Assembly (NCBI GenBank): GCA_036271075.1 | Contig: DATBBH010000164.1 | Location: 3,442 to 67,441 of the forward strand | From: Gaiellaceae bacterium | GTDB taxonomy: Bacteria > Actinomycetota > Thermoleophilia > Gaiellales > Gaiellaceae | Direction: 5' to 3' | Length of the DNA: 64,000 nucleotides | Shown here: piece after piece, positions 46,275 to 56,750 of the stretch | Position numbering within the stretch: position 1 is the stretch's first letter | Layout: the number at the start of each line of letters is the position of its first letter | Position numbers and translations under genes: made by a program | The notes under the pieces: generated by a model | The model's database searches: none | What the model saw: only the letters and a program-made list of their open reading frames with translations | What the model was told of the DNA's origin: nothing

Positions 46275-49200
46275 CGATGCCCAAAGTGGTGGGCGCGCGG
46301 CAGGGCGCGTGTGACCTCCGCCTCGCTCGCGGCCTGGCGCGCGAGTGGGCCGAGTGAGCTCACTTTCGCAACGAGCAGGTTGACGTTGCGGTCGTGACGT
46401 TCGAGCTTGCCGCTTGCAAGAACCAGCGGCTCCCCCCGAATGATCGCGCGGTGCTCCTCGTACACCTTCGACGGGATGATCAGGTTCGCCTGGCCGTGCT
46501 CGTCCTCGAGCAGCATGAAGACGATCCCGTTTGCTGTTGAGGGGCGCTGGCGGGCGATCGCCATGCCTGCGACCTGGATGCGCGTGCCGTTCGGCGTGTC
46601 TGCCAGATCCGCGCTCGTCGCGACTCCCGCCGGCAGATGCGGGCGGAGCAGCTGCAGCGGGTGGACGCCGACCGAGAGCGACGTGTGCTTGTAGTCGGCG
46701 AGCATCCGCTCCCACGGCGTCTGCTCCGGTAGCTCCGGAATCTCGGCGGTTGGTTCGAGTGGTAGCGCGAGCTGCCGGTTGCCACCGGTAACCGTTTCGC
46801 CGCGCGGCGTGACGCCCAGGCGCCAAAGCAGTTCGCGTCGCGGCCCCCACTCGTCACACGCGCCGGCAGAGACGAGCGCTTCGAGCACGTCCTGCTTCAC
46901 CGGCGCGCGGCGCGCGAGGTCGCCGAGGTCGCGATACGGCTGCCGTGTGACCACCGACTGCGCTTCACTCTCGCCGACCGACTGCACGTAGGCGAGACCG
47001 ACACGTACTGCCGTTCCGTCTTCGATGTCGCACTGCGCTCCTGAACGGTTGATGTGAGGCGACAACACAGTCACCCCGCGCCGCTGCGCATCCCTGACCA
47101 GGGATGAAGGCGGATAGAACCCCATCGGCTGCGCGTTCATCAGCGCGCACAGGAACTCTGACGGGTAGTACCGTCGCAACCAGGCCGATTGATACGCGAG
47201 CAGGCCGAATGCGGCCGCGTGCGATTTCGGAAAGCCGAAGCCTGCAAAACCGACGAGCCGATCGTAGATCTCGTGTGCGGTCGCCTCGTCGATGCCTTTT
47301 CCCAGTGCGCCCGCAATAAAGCGGGGACGCCACGCTTCGATTGCCTCCAAGCTGCGCTTCCTGCTCATCGCGCGACGCAGCCCTTCCGCCTCGCCGATCG
47401 AAAAGCCCGCGGCCGCCATGGCGACGTCGAGCACCTGGTCCTGGAAGACGACGACTCCGAGCGTGTCGCGTAGAGCCTCGCGCAACGATTCGTGCAGCAC
47501 CGGCGGCTCGAAGTTCGGATCGGCGCGCAGCGCATGGCGGTGCTTTACGTAGGGATGGACCGCTTTCCCCTGGATCGGCCCTGGACGGACGAGCGCGACC
47601 TGTACGGTCAGGTCCTCGAGATTCTCGGGCCGTGTCTGCAGCAGACTCTGCATCTGCGCTCGGCTCTCGATCTGGAAGACGCCGATGGTGTCTGCCTGCT
47701 GGATCTCCTTGTAGACGCCTGCGTCGTCGAGCGGCACCCGCGAGAGATCGATCGTCTCGCCACGCAGCCGCGCAATGCGGTCGATCGCGTCCTCGACGGC
47801 CGAGAGCATGCCGAGGCCGAGCAGGTCGATCTTCAAGAAGCCGGCGTCGCCACAGCTGTCCTTGTCCCATTGGCAGATCTGCCGCCCTGCCATCGCAGCG
47901 GGCTGCACCGGCACGAGATCGATCAGCGGCCGCGTCGAGATGACCATGCCGCCCGGGTGCTGGCTGATGTGACGTGGCAGCCCCGCGATCTCCTTCGTCA
48001 GCTCACGAAACGCCGCCCAGCGCGGGCCGGTATGCGCGCCGGGCACACCGTCGAGCTCGTCGCCGACGCGGGTTGCGTCCCAGCCGTCGGTGACACGCGC
48101 CAGCCGTTCCAGCTCGGCGAACGGCAGCCCGAGCGCCTTGCCGACGTCACGGATCGCACCGCGGCTGCGATAGCTCGCAAACGTCGCGACGAGCGCTGCG
48201 TGCTCGCGCCCGTAGCGCTCCGTGACGCGCACGATCAGCTTCTCGCGGATGTCACGTGGGAAGTCGAGGTCGATGTCGGGCACGGCGACCATCTCGTCGT
48301 TGATGAAGCGGCCGAGCGACAAGCCCGCTGCGACAGGATCGACATGCGAAAGGCCGGTCAGGTAGCAGACGATCGAGCCGACGCTCGAACCGCGCCCGCG
48401 TCCCGGCGGCAGCGCGTGGCGAGGACTGCCGGGGCCGCGCACCTCGAGCGCGCACTCGCGGGCGAGCTCGAGCACCTCCCAGTGGAGCAGGAAGAACCCT
48501 GACAGGCCCAAGCGAGAGATGAGTTGGAGCTCCTCGCGCAATCGCCCGTCGGCGCGAGCGATTGCGCCAGGGGTGCGGTAGCGCTGGGCGAAAGCCTGCT
48601 CGCAGATTCGCTCGAGCTGCCGATCTGCGGGAGATTCTTGGTCGGAGAAGTCGGGGTAGCGATAGCCGAGCTCCTGGGTCAGGTCGAACTCGCAGCGGTC
48701 GGCGAGCTCGCGCGTGCGCCTCGCCGCCTCGACGGGCAGGCGCTCGAGCATCGCCTGAGGCGCGAGCAGTACCGCTTCGTGGTTTCCCCGTCGCTCGCGT
48801 TCGCAGCCGTCGAGCGACGTCCGGTGCTTGATCGCAACGAGCGCATCCTGCAGCCGGGCACGCGCCGGGCTATGCGCGTGCACGTTGCCGGTCGCCACGG
48901 TGGGCACGCCGAGGTGCGTGGCGAGCTCGGTGAGCTGCGCGTTCCGTTTTTCGTCGCCACGCTCGTACGGGCGTTGCAGCTCGACGAAGAACGCGCCGGG
49001 AAACGCATGCGCGACTCGCTCGGCTGCTCTCGCGTCGATCACACCAAGACCGCTCCGGGCGCAGCCCGAGAGCGCGATGAGCCCTTCGGCATGGCGTTCG
49101 ACGACATCGATCGTCGTCTCGGCCGGCAGCAGATCGCGCTCCTTGCCGGGCTCGCGCGTGCCCGCATGCGCGTCGGTGAGAATGCGGCAGAGGTTTGCGT

Positions 49201-49576
49201 AGCCCTGCCGCGTCTCGCAGAGCAGCGTCACATGTGTGCCGCTGGTTCCCGCTCCGGCGCCGGCAAGCGTGACCTCGGCGCCGGTGATCGGGCGGACGCC
49301 CAGGTGCTTCGCTGCGTGTGCGAACTCGAGTGAGCCGTAAACGCCATCGTGGTCAGTGAGCGCGAGCGCGTCGTAGCCGAGCTCGGCGGCGCGTGCGGCG
49401 AGCTCTTCCGGCAGCGACGCCCCGTCGAGGAACGAGTAGGCGGAGTGCGCGTGCAGCTCGACGTAGGGTGAGGTGCCAGATACCCGACGGATATCCGGCA
49501 CATGCCTGAAGTGCTCCTCTTTGCCGACACCACCGCGTGCTGGGAACGCATCCCTTACGCCCGTTGAGCGAACCAC
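46271..49576 (-). CDS. dnaE2: error-prone DNA polymerase III alpha-type subunit DnaE2
   Basis: PHP domain YVELHAHSAYSFLDGAS...ALTDHDG, about 1100 aa, directly downstream of imuB. The start is uncertain (GTG at 49576 or an internal GTG). Confidence 0.92.
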   Translation of the reverse strand: MVRSTGVRDAFPARGGVGKEEHFRHVPDIRRVSGTSPYVELHAHSAYSFLDGASLPEELAARAAELGYDALALTDHDGVYGSLEFAHAAKHLGVRPITGAEVTLAGAGAGTSGTHVTLLCETRQGYANLCRILTDAHAGTREPGKERDLLPAETTIDVVERHAEGLIALSGCARSGLGVIDARAAERVAHAFPGAFFVELQRPYERGDEKRNAQLTELATHLGVPTVATGNVHAHSPARARLQDALVAIKHRTSLDGCERERRGNHEAVLLAPQAMLERLPVEAARRTRELADRCEFDLTQELGYRYPDFSDQESPADRQLERICEQAFAQRYRTPGAIARADGRLREELQLISRLGLSGFFLLHWEVLELARECALEVRGPGSPRHALPPGRGRGSSVGSIVCYLTGLSHVDPVAAGLSLGRFINDEMVAVPDIDLDFPRDIREKLIVRVTERYGREHAALVATFASYRSRGAIRDVGKALGLPFAELERLARVTDGWDATRVGDELDGVPGAHTGPRWAAFRELTKEIAGLPRHISQHPGGMVISTRPLIDLVPVQPAAMAGRQICQWDKDSCGDAGFLKIDLLGLGMLSAVEDAIDRIARLRGETIDLSRVPLDDAGVYKEIQQADTIGVFQIESRAQMQSLLQTRPENLEDLTVQVALVRPGPIQGKAVHPYVKHRHALRADPNFEPPVLHESLREALRDTLGVVVFQDQVLDVAMAAAGFSIGEAEGLRRAMSRKRSLEAIEAWRPRFIAGALGKGIDEATAHEIYDRLVGFAGFGFPKSHAAAFGLLAYQSAWLRRYYPSEFLCALMNAQPMGFYPPSSLVRDAQRRGVTVLSPHINRSGAQCDIEDGTAVRVGLAYVQSVGESEAQSVVTRQPYRDLGDLARRAPVKQDVLEALVSAGACDEWGPRRELLWRLGVTPRGETVTGGNRQLALPLEPTAEIPELPEQTPWERMLADYKHTSLSVGVHPLQLLRPHLPAGVATSADLADTPNGTRIQVAGMAIARQRPSTANGIVFMLLEDEHGQANLIIPSKVYEEHRAIIRGEPLVLASGKLERHDRNVNLLVAKVSSLGPLARQAASEAEVTRALPRAHHFGHR

Positions 49577-49701
49577 GTTCCGGCGTCGTCATCGTGGTAG
49601 ACGACGACGTTCTCCCCTGTCTCCAGCACGAGGTCGAAGTAGCGGCGATGCACGGGGTCTTCCGTCCACCAGCGGTCGACGACGCGCCATTCCTCGCGCA
49701 C
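49555..49701 (-). CDS. candidate small Trp-rich protein between imuB and dnaE2 (DUF6504-like from memory)
   Basis: In-frame GTG at 49701 gives VREEWRVVDRWWTEDPVHRRYFDLVLETGENVVVYHDDDAGTWFAQRA. The frame stays open upstream to a GTG at 49845 (96 aa). It ends inside the annotated dnaE2 start region. Confidence 0.35.
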   Translation of the reverse strand: MREEWRVVDRWWTEDPVHRRYFDLVLETGENVVVYHDDDAGTWFAQRA

Positions 49702-49793
49702 GACTGCGACGTCCTGCCGGTTGACGCGACACGGCGTGCCGTCCGCATGGTTTTCGACGAGCGCGGTTCTTGGGTTGTTGAGACGACGCGCGC

Positions 49794-50978
49794 TTAGTCG
49801 TCGCGCGGAACCAAGAGTGCGCGCGCTTCGGGTATGCGTGACCACGGGGCGACCTCCACGACCGTTGAGACTCCGCCTGCCCCGACAGCCGCGCGCACCT
49901 GGCGCAGGCCTTCGCGGAGCCGGCCCTGCAGCACTTCGCCCTCTGCGGCCACGAGCTCGAGCTGCTCGCCGGTGTGCTCGGCGAGCTCCACCACCTCGAG
50001 CCGGAGCTTGAGCGCCGGCGCAGGCAGCTCCGCAAGCTTCGGCGAGAGCGCGGCACGCAGCCGGGCCGGATCGGCCGTCGGCTCGCGCAGTGTCACCGTC
50101 CGGCGCCACGAGGCGCCGCCGACCAGTCGCGCCCACACCGCGACCTTCCTCGGCGGCCGCCCCGCGCGTTCCGGGCGTGCGAGCAGGCGATCGAGCAGCA
50201 CTCCGAGCCCTCGTCTGAGCGTCAGCTCGTTGCCGACCGCTTCCGGGAACTCGAGCGTCTCGTGGATGGCCGTCGCCGGCCGTCTCGGCTTGACCCTCCC
50301 GTCCTGCTCGCCTCTCGCCAGGCTCCAGGCGCGCCGTCCGTCCGGCCCCAACCGTTCGGAGACGGCGCCGCCCGGCAGCCCGGCAAGCTGTCCGATCGTG
50401 CGAACACCCAGTTCTTCGAGCTCCTCGTAGCGGCGCCGCTCGAGCGGGAGCAGCTGCAGCGGCAGCGGCGCGAGGAAGGAGCGTGCACGGTCGTCGGAGA
50501 CGATCAGCGCCTGCCCGGGCCGTGCGACGTTCGCCGCGGCGAGCGCCGCGAACCGCCGCTCCGCTGCGCCCGCGCGCGGATCCCACATGGAGCCGACGGC
50601 GGCGAGCGCCCGCTTGAGCGCCGGCTCGAGCCCGCCATAGAGCCGCTCGACGCCCTTCGAGTCGAAGAAGACCGTTCCCGGGTCGGCGGGCTCGACCGCG
50701 AACCCTGCATCCTCGAGCCGGCGCAGGATCTCCTCCCACGCCTGCTCGGCGGTTGCCGGGTCCTGCTCGACGAGCTCGAGCTCCGGACAGGTCGCAAGCG
50801 CCTCTCCGAGGCGCATCCCCGGCCGGACGCCTTTCGCCTCGGCCGGCCCCGTGACCGAGCCGATCAGCGGCTCCGTCCCGGGCAGCGGCGCGAGCGCCGC
50901 CGGCAGAGCCTGCAGGCGAGGCCGAAGGCGCAGAGCGGCCCGTAGATCGAAGGCGGGAATCACGATTGCGGCGATCAC
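49794..50978 (-). CDS. imuB: Y-family polymerase-like mutasome subunit ImuB
   Basis: IPAFDLRAALRLRP...GVRPGMRLGEALATCPEL.LV..DP......W..IL..LE is typical of ImuB and DinB-like N-terminal domains. I took the GTG at 50978 (50963 is an alternative), just downstream of the LexA boxes. The ORF-track start at 51005 lies inside box 2. Confidence 0.85.
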   Translation of the reverse strand: MIAAIVIPAFDLRAALRLRPRLQALPAALAPLPGTEPLIGSVTGPAEAKGVRPGMRLGEALATCPELELVEQDPATAEQAWEEILRRLEDAGFAVEPADPGTVFFDSKGVERLYGGLEPALKRALAAVGSMWDPRAGAAERRFAALAAANVARPGQALIVSDDRARSFLAPLPLQLLPLERRRYEELEELGVRTIGQLAGLPGGAVSERLGPDGRRAWSLARGEQDGRVKPRRPATAIHETLEFPEAVGNELTLRRGLGVLLDRLLARPERAGRPPRKVAVWARLVGGASWRRTVTLREPTADPARLRAALSPKLAELPAPALKLRLEVVELAEHTGEQLELVAAEGEVLQGRLREGLRQVRAAVGAGGVSTVVEVAPWSRIPEARALLVPRDD

Positions 50979-50980
50979 GG

Positions 50981-51009
50981 GAACGTATGTTCTACACGAA
51001 CACACGTTC
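50981..51009. promoter_or_regulatory. two tandem LexA (SOS/Cheo-type) boxes GAAC-N4-GTTC
   Basis: GAACGTATGTTC (50981-50992) and GAACACACGTTC (50998-51009), immediately upstream of imuB on the minus strand. Confidence 0.8.
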
Positions 51010-51044
51010 TCCTGTCAACTCCTTATGCTGCGCCGATCCGATCC

Positions 51045-51095
51045 GGGCGATGGGGCTCGCCTTCGACCGCCGGCAACGGCTGATGGCTCCTATGA
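51045..51095 (+). promoter_or_regulatory. fluoride riboswitch (crcB RNA motif)
   Basis: GGGCGAUGGGGCUCGCCUUCGACCGCCGGCAACGGCUGAUGGCUCCUAUGA aligns position by position with the T. petrophila fluoride aptamer as I recall it (GGGCGAUGAGGCCCGCCCAAACUGCCC..GGGCUGAUGGCCUCUAC). Lies directly 5' of the crcB Shine-Dalgarno sequence (GAAAGGAG). Confidence 0.85.
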
Positions 51096-51112
51096 CGAAA
51101 GGAGCTGTTCGC

Positions 51113-51487
51113 ATGCCCGTGATCGTCGGCGTCGCCCTGGGCGGTGCGCTCGGAGCCTCGGCCCGCTACTTCCTCGACCATGCGATCGAGCAGCGGAGCT
51201 TCTCGATCTTCCCGTGGGCGACGTTCACGATCAACCTCACCGGTTGCTTCCTGATCGGCGTGATCACCGAGGCGCTCGTCGACCGGCACCATCTTCCCGC
51301 CTGGCTGCGGGTCGGGCTCGTGCTGGGAGTGATCGGCGGCTACACGACCTTCTCGACCTTCGCTCAGGAGAGCCTGACGCTGCTCGAGGCGCGCGACTTC
51401 GCGGTCACGCTCCTCTACGGCCTCGGGAGCGTGACGGCCGGGATCGCCTTCGTCTACTTCGGAGCGCTAATCGGACGAGCGCTCTAG
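51113..51487 (+). CDS. crcB: fluoride ion channel CrcB/Fluc
   Basis: 124 aa with four hydrophobic helices. G..GA..RY......P..TF.INL.G.F.IG and GGYTTFSTF motifs. Confidence 0.92.
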   Translation: MPVIVGVALGGALGASARYFLDHAIEQRSFSIFPWATFTINLTGCFLIGVITEALVDRHHLPAWLRVGLVLGVIGGYTTFSTFAQESLTLLEARDFAVTLLYGLGSVTAGIAFVYFGALIGRAL

Positions 51488-51892
51488 CACGACGACCGGG
51501 ATCTCGCGGTCGGTCCGCGTCTGGTACTCGTCGTAGTGCGACCAGACCTCGTTCGCCTTGCGCCACAAGCGGTCGCGCTCCTCGCCTTCGGCGGTGCGCG
51601 CGCGGGCTGGGAAGACTTCGTCTCGGACCTGCAGCTCGACCTGCGGCGTCTTCACGAGATTCTTGTACCAACCTGGATCGTCCGGAGCGCCGCCCTTCGA
51701 CGCGACGATCACGTAGCGATCGCCGTCCTCGGCGTAGATCAGCGGGGTCGTGCGCGGCTCGCCGCTCTGGCGTCCGGTCGTCGTCAAGAGCAGGATCGTC
51801 GAGCCTTCCTTCCAGCTGTGCCCGACCTCGCCACCGGTCTCGCGGTAGCGCCGGACGTGCTCCGCCCCGTACAGGGTTTCCGCTTCAGTCAT
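51467..51892 (-). CDS. deazaflavin (F420)-dependent nitroreductase family protein (DDN/DUF385)
   Basis: LLLTTTGRQSGEPRTTPL.Y..DGDRYVIVASKGGAPDDPGWYKNL...P.V.LQV is typical of the family. Confidence 0.88.
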   Translation of the reverse strand: MTEAETLYGAEHVRRYRETGGEVGHSWKEGSTILLLTTTGRQSGEPRTTPLIYAEDGDRYVIVASKGGAPDDPGWYKNLVKTPQVELQVRDEVFPARARTAEGEERDRLWRKANEVWSHYDEYQTRTDREIPVVVLERSSD

Positions 51893-52194
51893 TCGAATGC
51901 TCCTTCCACGAGCAAGAGAACCGACGGTTCATGAGAACGCGTTTCGTGCCATTCGCCTTCCCGCCACTCGACGGCCTCGCCTACACCGAGCTCCACGCTG
52001 TCATCCTTCGTGGAGCAGGTGACACGACCGGCGAGGACAACCAGGCGCTGCTGTGAGGCCGCCTCATGACCGCCGATAACCCCGTCGAGGCGCACCAAGG
52101 AGACGTGCGCTTCTCCATGAGCAACGCGGGTATGCGTGAAGCCGGCCGAGCCGAAGTGCTCGATCTCCCTCGACGGAAGATCGATTCGCTTCAC
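51889..52194 (-). CDS. small cupin-domain protein
   Basis: 101 aa. The GTG start overlaps the comB stop (GTGA), and the stop overlaps the DDN start (ATGA). Beta-rich, with GGHEA...LVVL.G.V.......V.L..GEAV.W..GE.H. Confidence 0.7.
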   Translation of the reverse strand: MKRIDLPSREIEHFGSAGFTHTRVAHGEAHVSLVRLDGVIGGHEAASQQRLVVLAGRVTCSTKDDSVELGVGEAVEWREGEWHETRSHEPSVLLLVEGAFE

Positions 52195-52877
52195 GCGACG
52201 ATCTCCGCGGCCGGCCCGACCAAGCGTGCATAGCGCGGCACTGTCTCGAGCAGGTCGACCTGTGCGCAGAACTCGATGTCGGCCTCGAGACCAGGCGGCC
52301 CGTACGTGCGCGCGTTCAACCCCGCCAGCGGATCGGGCCACGCCCTTGCGATCACCTCCGCGCCGATCGCCGCGTCGCTGCGCTCACCGTCGAGCGCCTC
52401 GACGATCCGCCCCGCGCAGTACGCGTCGTCGAGTGCGAAAGCGCCCTTGAACCCGGAGCAGAGGATCGCCACGTCTCCCCCGGTCTCGCGCACTGCGCGC
52501 ACGAGCGCGGACAGGTTCAGCAGTGAGCCGAGCAGCACGATCTCGCAGCGAGCAGCAGCCGTGAGGATCGCGCGCGTTCCGTTCGTCGTCGTCAGGATCA
52601 GCGTCCGCGCCTTCGGCTCCTGCGCGAACTCTCGCGGCGAAGCGCCGACGTCGAACCCTTCGACGACGACGGCGTTGCGCTCGCCCCCGACGACCGCCTC
52701 GTCGCCGAGCTCAACACGCAGCGCCTGCGCCTCGGCGATCTCCGTGCAACAAAGCACCCGCTCGTAACCGGATGCAAGCGCCTGAGCGATCGACGACGTC
52801 GCACGGATCACGTCCACAACGATCCCAATCCGGGCGGAGGCTTCCTCCTCCGGTGTGAAAGCGACATGAACGCGCAC
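52191..52877 (-). CDS. comB: 2-phosphosulfolactate phosphatase family protein (ComB-like)
   Basis: IVVDVIRATSSI..AL..G......C..I.EA and LTTTNGT motifs. Confidence 0.85.
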   Translation of the reverse strand: MRVHVAFTPEEEASARIGIVVDVIRATSSIAQALASGYERVLCCTEIAEAQALRVELGDEAVVGGERNAVVVEGFDVGASPREFAQEPKARTLILTTTNGTRAILTAAARCEIVLLGSLLNLSALVRAVRETGGDVAILCSGFKGAFALDDAYCAGRIVEALDGERSDAAIGAEVIARAWPDPLAGLNARTYGPPGLEADIEFCAQVDLLETVPRYARLVGPAAEIVA

Positions 52878-53794
52878 CCCGATACGCTAGTCCGCGTGGA
52901 CGAACCGCGACACTGCTACCGGCACCCGGACCGGGAGACCGGTCTCTCGTGCTCGGAGTGCGGACGGCCCATCTGTTACGAGTGCATGACACCGGCGCCG
53001 GTCGGGCTGCGCTGCCCCGAGCACTCGGGCAAGCCGCAGGGGATCCGCAAGGTGACGACGCCCGCGCAGCGTGCGGTCACCGGCGTCGGGAGCGCCCGTC
53101 CGAACGTCGTCACCCTGACGCTGATCGGGATCAACGTCGCGGTCTACCTCGCCGAGCTGGCTGCCGGCGGCAGCGTCAACGGCGTCACCAACTGGTTCTT
53201 CAACCACGGCGCGTTGTTCGCGTCCGGCGTCTACACGCAGGGAACCATCGTGCCGCTGGGACCACACCAGATTCCGGCCGGTTACCACCTGATCGGCCTG
53301 GCGCACGGCGAATGGTGGCGGATGCTCTCGCCGGCGTTCCTGCACTACGGCCCGTTCCACCTCGCGGTCAACATGTACTCGCTCTATTTCGCCGGCACGC
53401 TGCTCGAGCAGGTGATCGGCCGGTGGCGGTTCGCGCTCCTCTACTTCGCCTCTGGCATCGCCGGCTCCGCGGGCGCGATCTGGCTGAGCCCGAACAGTGT
53501 CACGGTGGGCGCGTCGGGTGCGATCTTCGGCGTCCTCGGCGGCCTGTTCGTGCTCGAGCGCCAGCGCCACATCGCCACCGGCGGCCAGGTCGCAGGGCTG
53601 ATCGTCCTGAACCTGATCTTCACGTTCGCACTGTCGAACATCTCCGTCGGCGGCCACATCGGCGGCCTGATCGCCGGTGCCATCCTGATGTGGCTGCTCC
53701 TGCGCTTCCGGCGCTCGGCGGTGTACAGCCTCCTCTCGACCGCGGCGGTGCTCGTCGTCAGCTTCGTGATCGCGTACGCGCGCGTTCGCGGCTA

Positions 53795-53798
<4 letters not shown>
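52866..53798 (+). CDS. rhomboid-family intramembrane serine protease with N-terminal zinc-ribbon
   Basis: CYRHPDRETGLSCSECGRPICYEC, EWWRM..P.FLH.....L..NM and the catalytic GASGAIFG. The start is uncertain (ATG at 52866 or GTG at 52896). Confidence 0.9.
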
Positions 53799-56392
<2,594 letters not shown>

Positions 56393-56422
56393 GCGGGGCA
56401 ATCTAACCGGGTTGGCAGGGCA

Positions 56423-56593
56423 TCAAGCGGCTCGGTCGTTGCGGCGGCGCGAACGGAACTCCGCGAGCCAGGCGAGCGAGCGCAGGCCGAACCAGAACGG
56501 CGTGAAGAGCCCGTAGAAGAGGACGAGCGCCGCCCCGAGCGCGGAGTACCAGACGGCCCAGCGCCACTTCGGAACTGGGGGTTTGGGCTTCAT
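56423..56593 (-). CDS. candidate 56-aa small membrane protein (below the ORF-track length cutoff)
   Basis: ATG...TGA frame giving MKPKPPVPKWRWAVWYSALGAALVLFYGLFTPFWFGLRSLAWLAEFRSRRRNDRAA. Third codon positions are almost all G/C, as in neighbouring genes. Hydrophobic core. No clear Shine-Dalgarno sequence. Confidence 0.4.
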   Translation of the reverse strand: MKPKPPVPKWRWAVWYSALGAALVLFYGLFTPFWFGLRSLAWLAEFRSRRRNDRAA

Positions 56594-56750
56594 GCGGCGG
56601 GGTTGCCCGTCGGCCGGGTGCGATGGACGTCGCGAGACAAGGACGCAGGGAGCGCCGATAGGACACCTATCGGCGCGACTGAGGACGCAGTATCACGACG
56701 TCCAGCGCGGCCGGGCGACATGGCGTTCCCCGCCGGATGGAGCCCCAGTT

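Noticed and set aside
45762-46850. 362-aa minus-strand ORF spanning the GH15/dnaE2 junction
   Set aside because: It is out of frame with both bona fide genes and Arg/Gly/Ala-rich. The GH15 and DnaE2 frames explain the region completely.
56403-56666. 87-aa Arg-rich minus-strand ORF in the ppdK upstream spacer
   Set aside because: The composition looks like an off-frame GC artefact. A different frame in the same spacer (56423-56593) gives a hydrophobic small protein with better codon bias, so I reported that instead, at low confidence.
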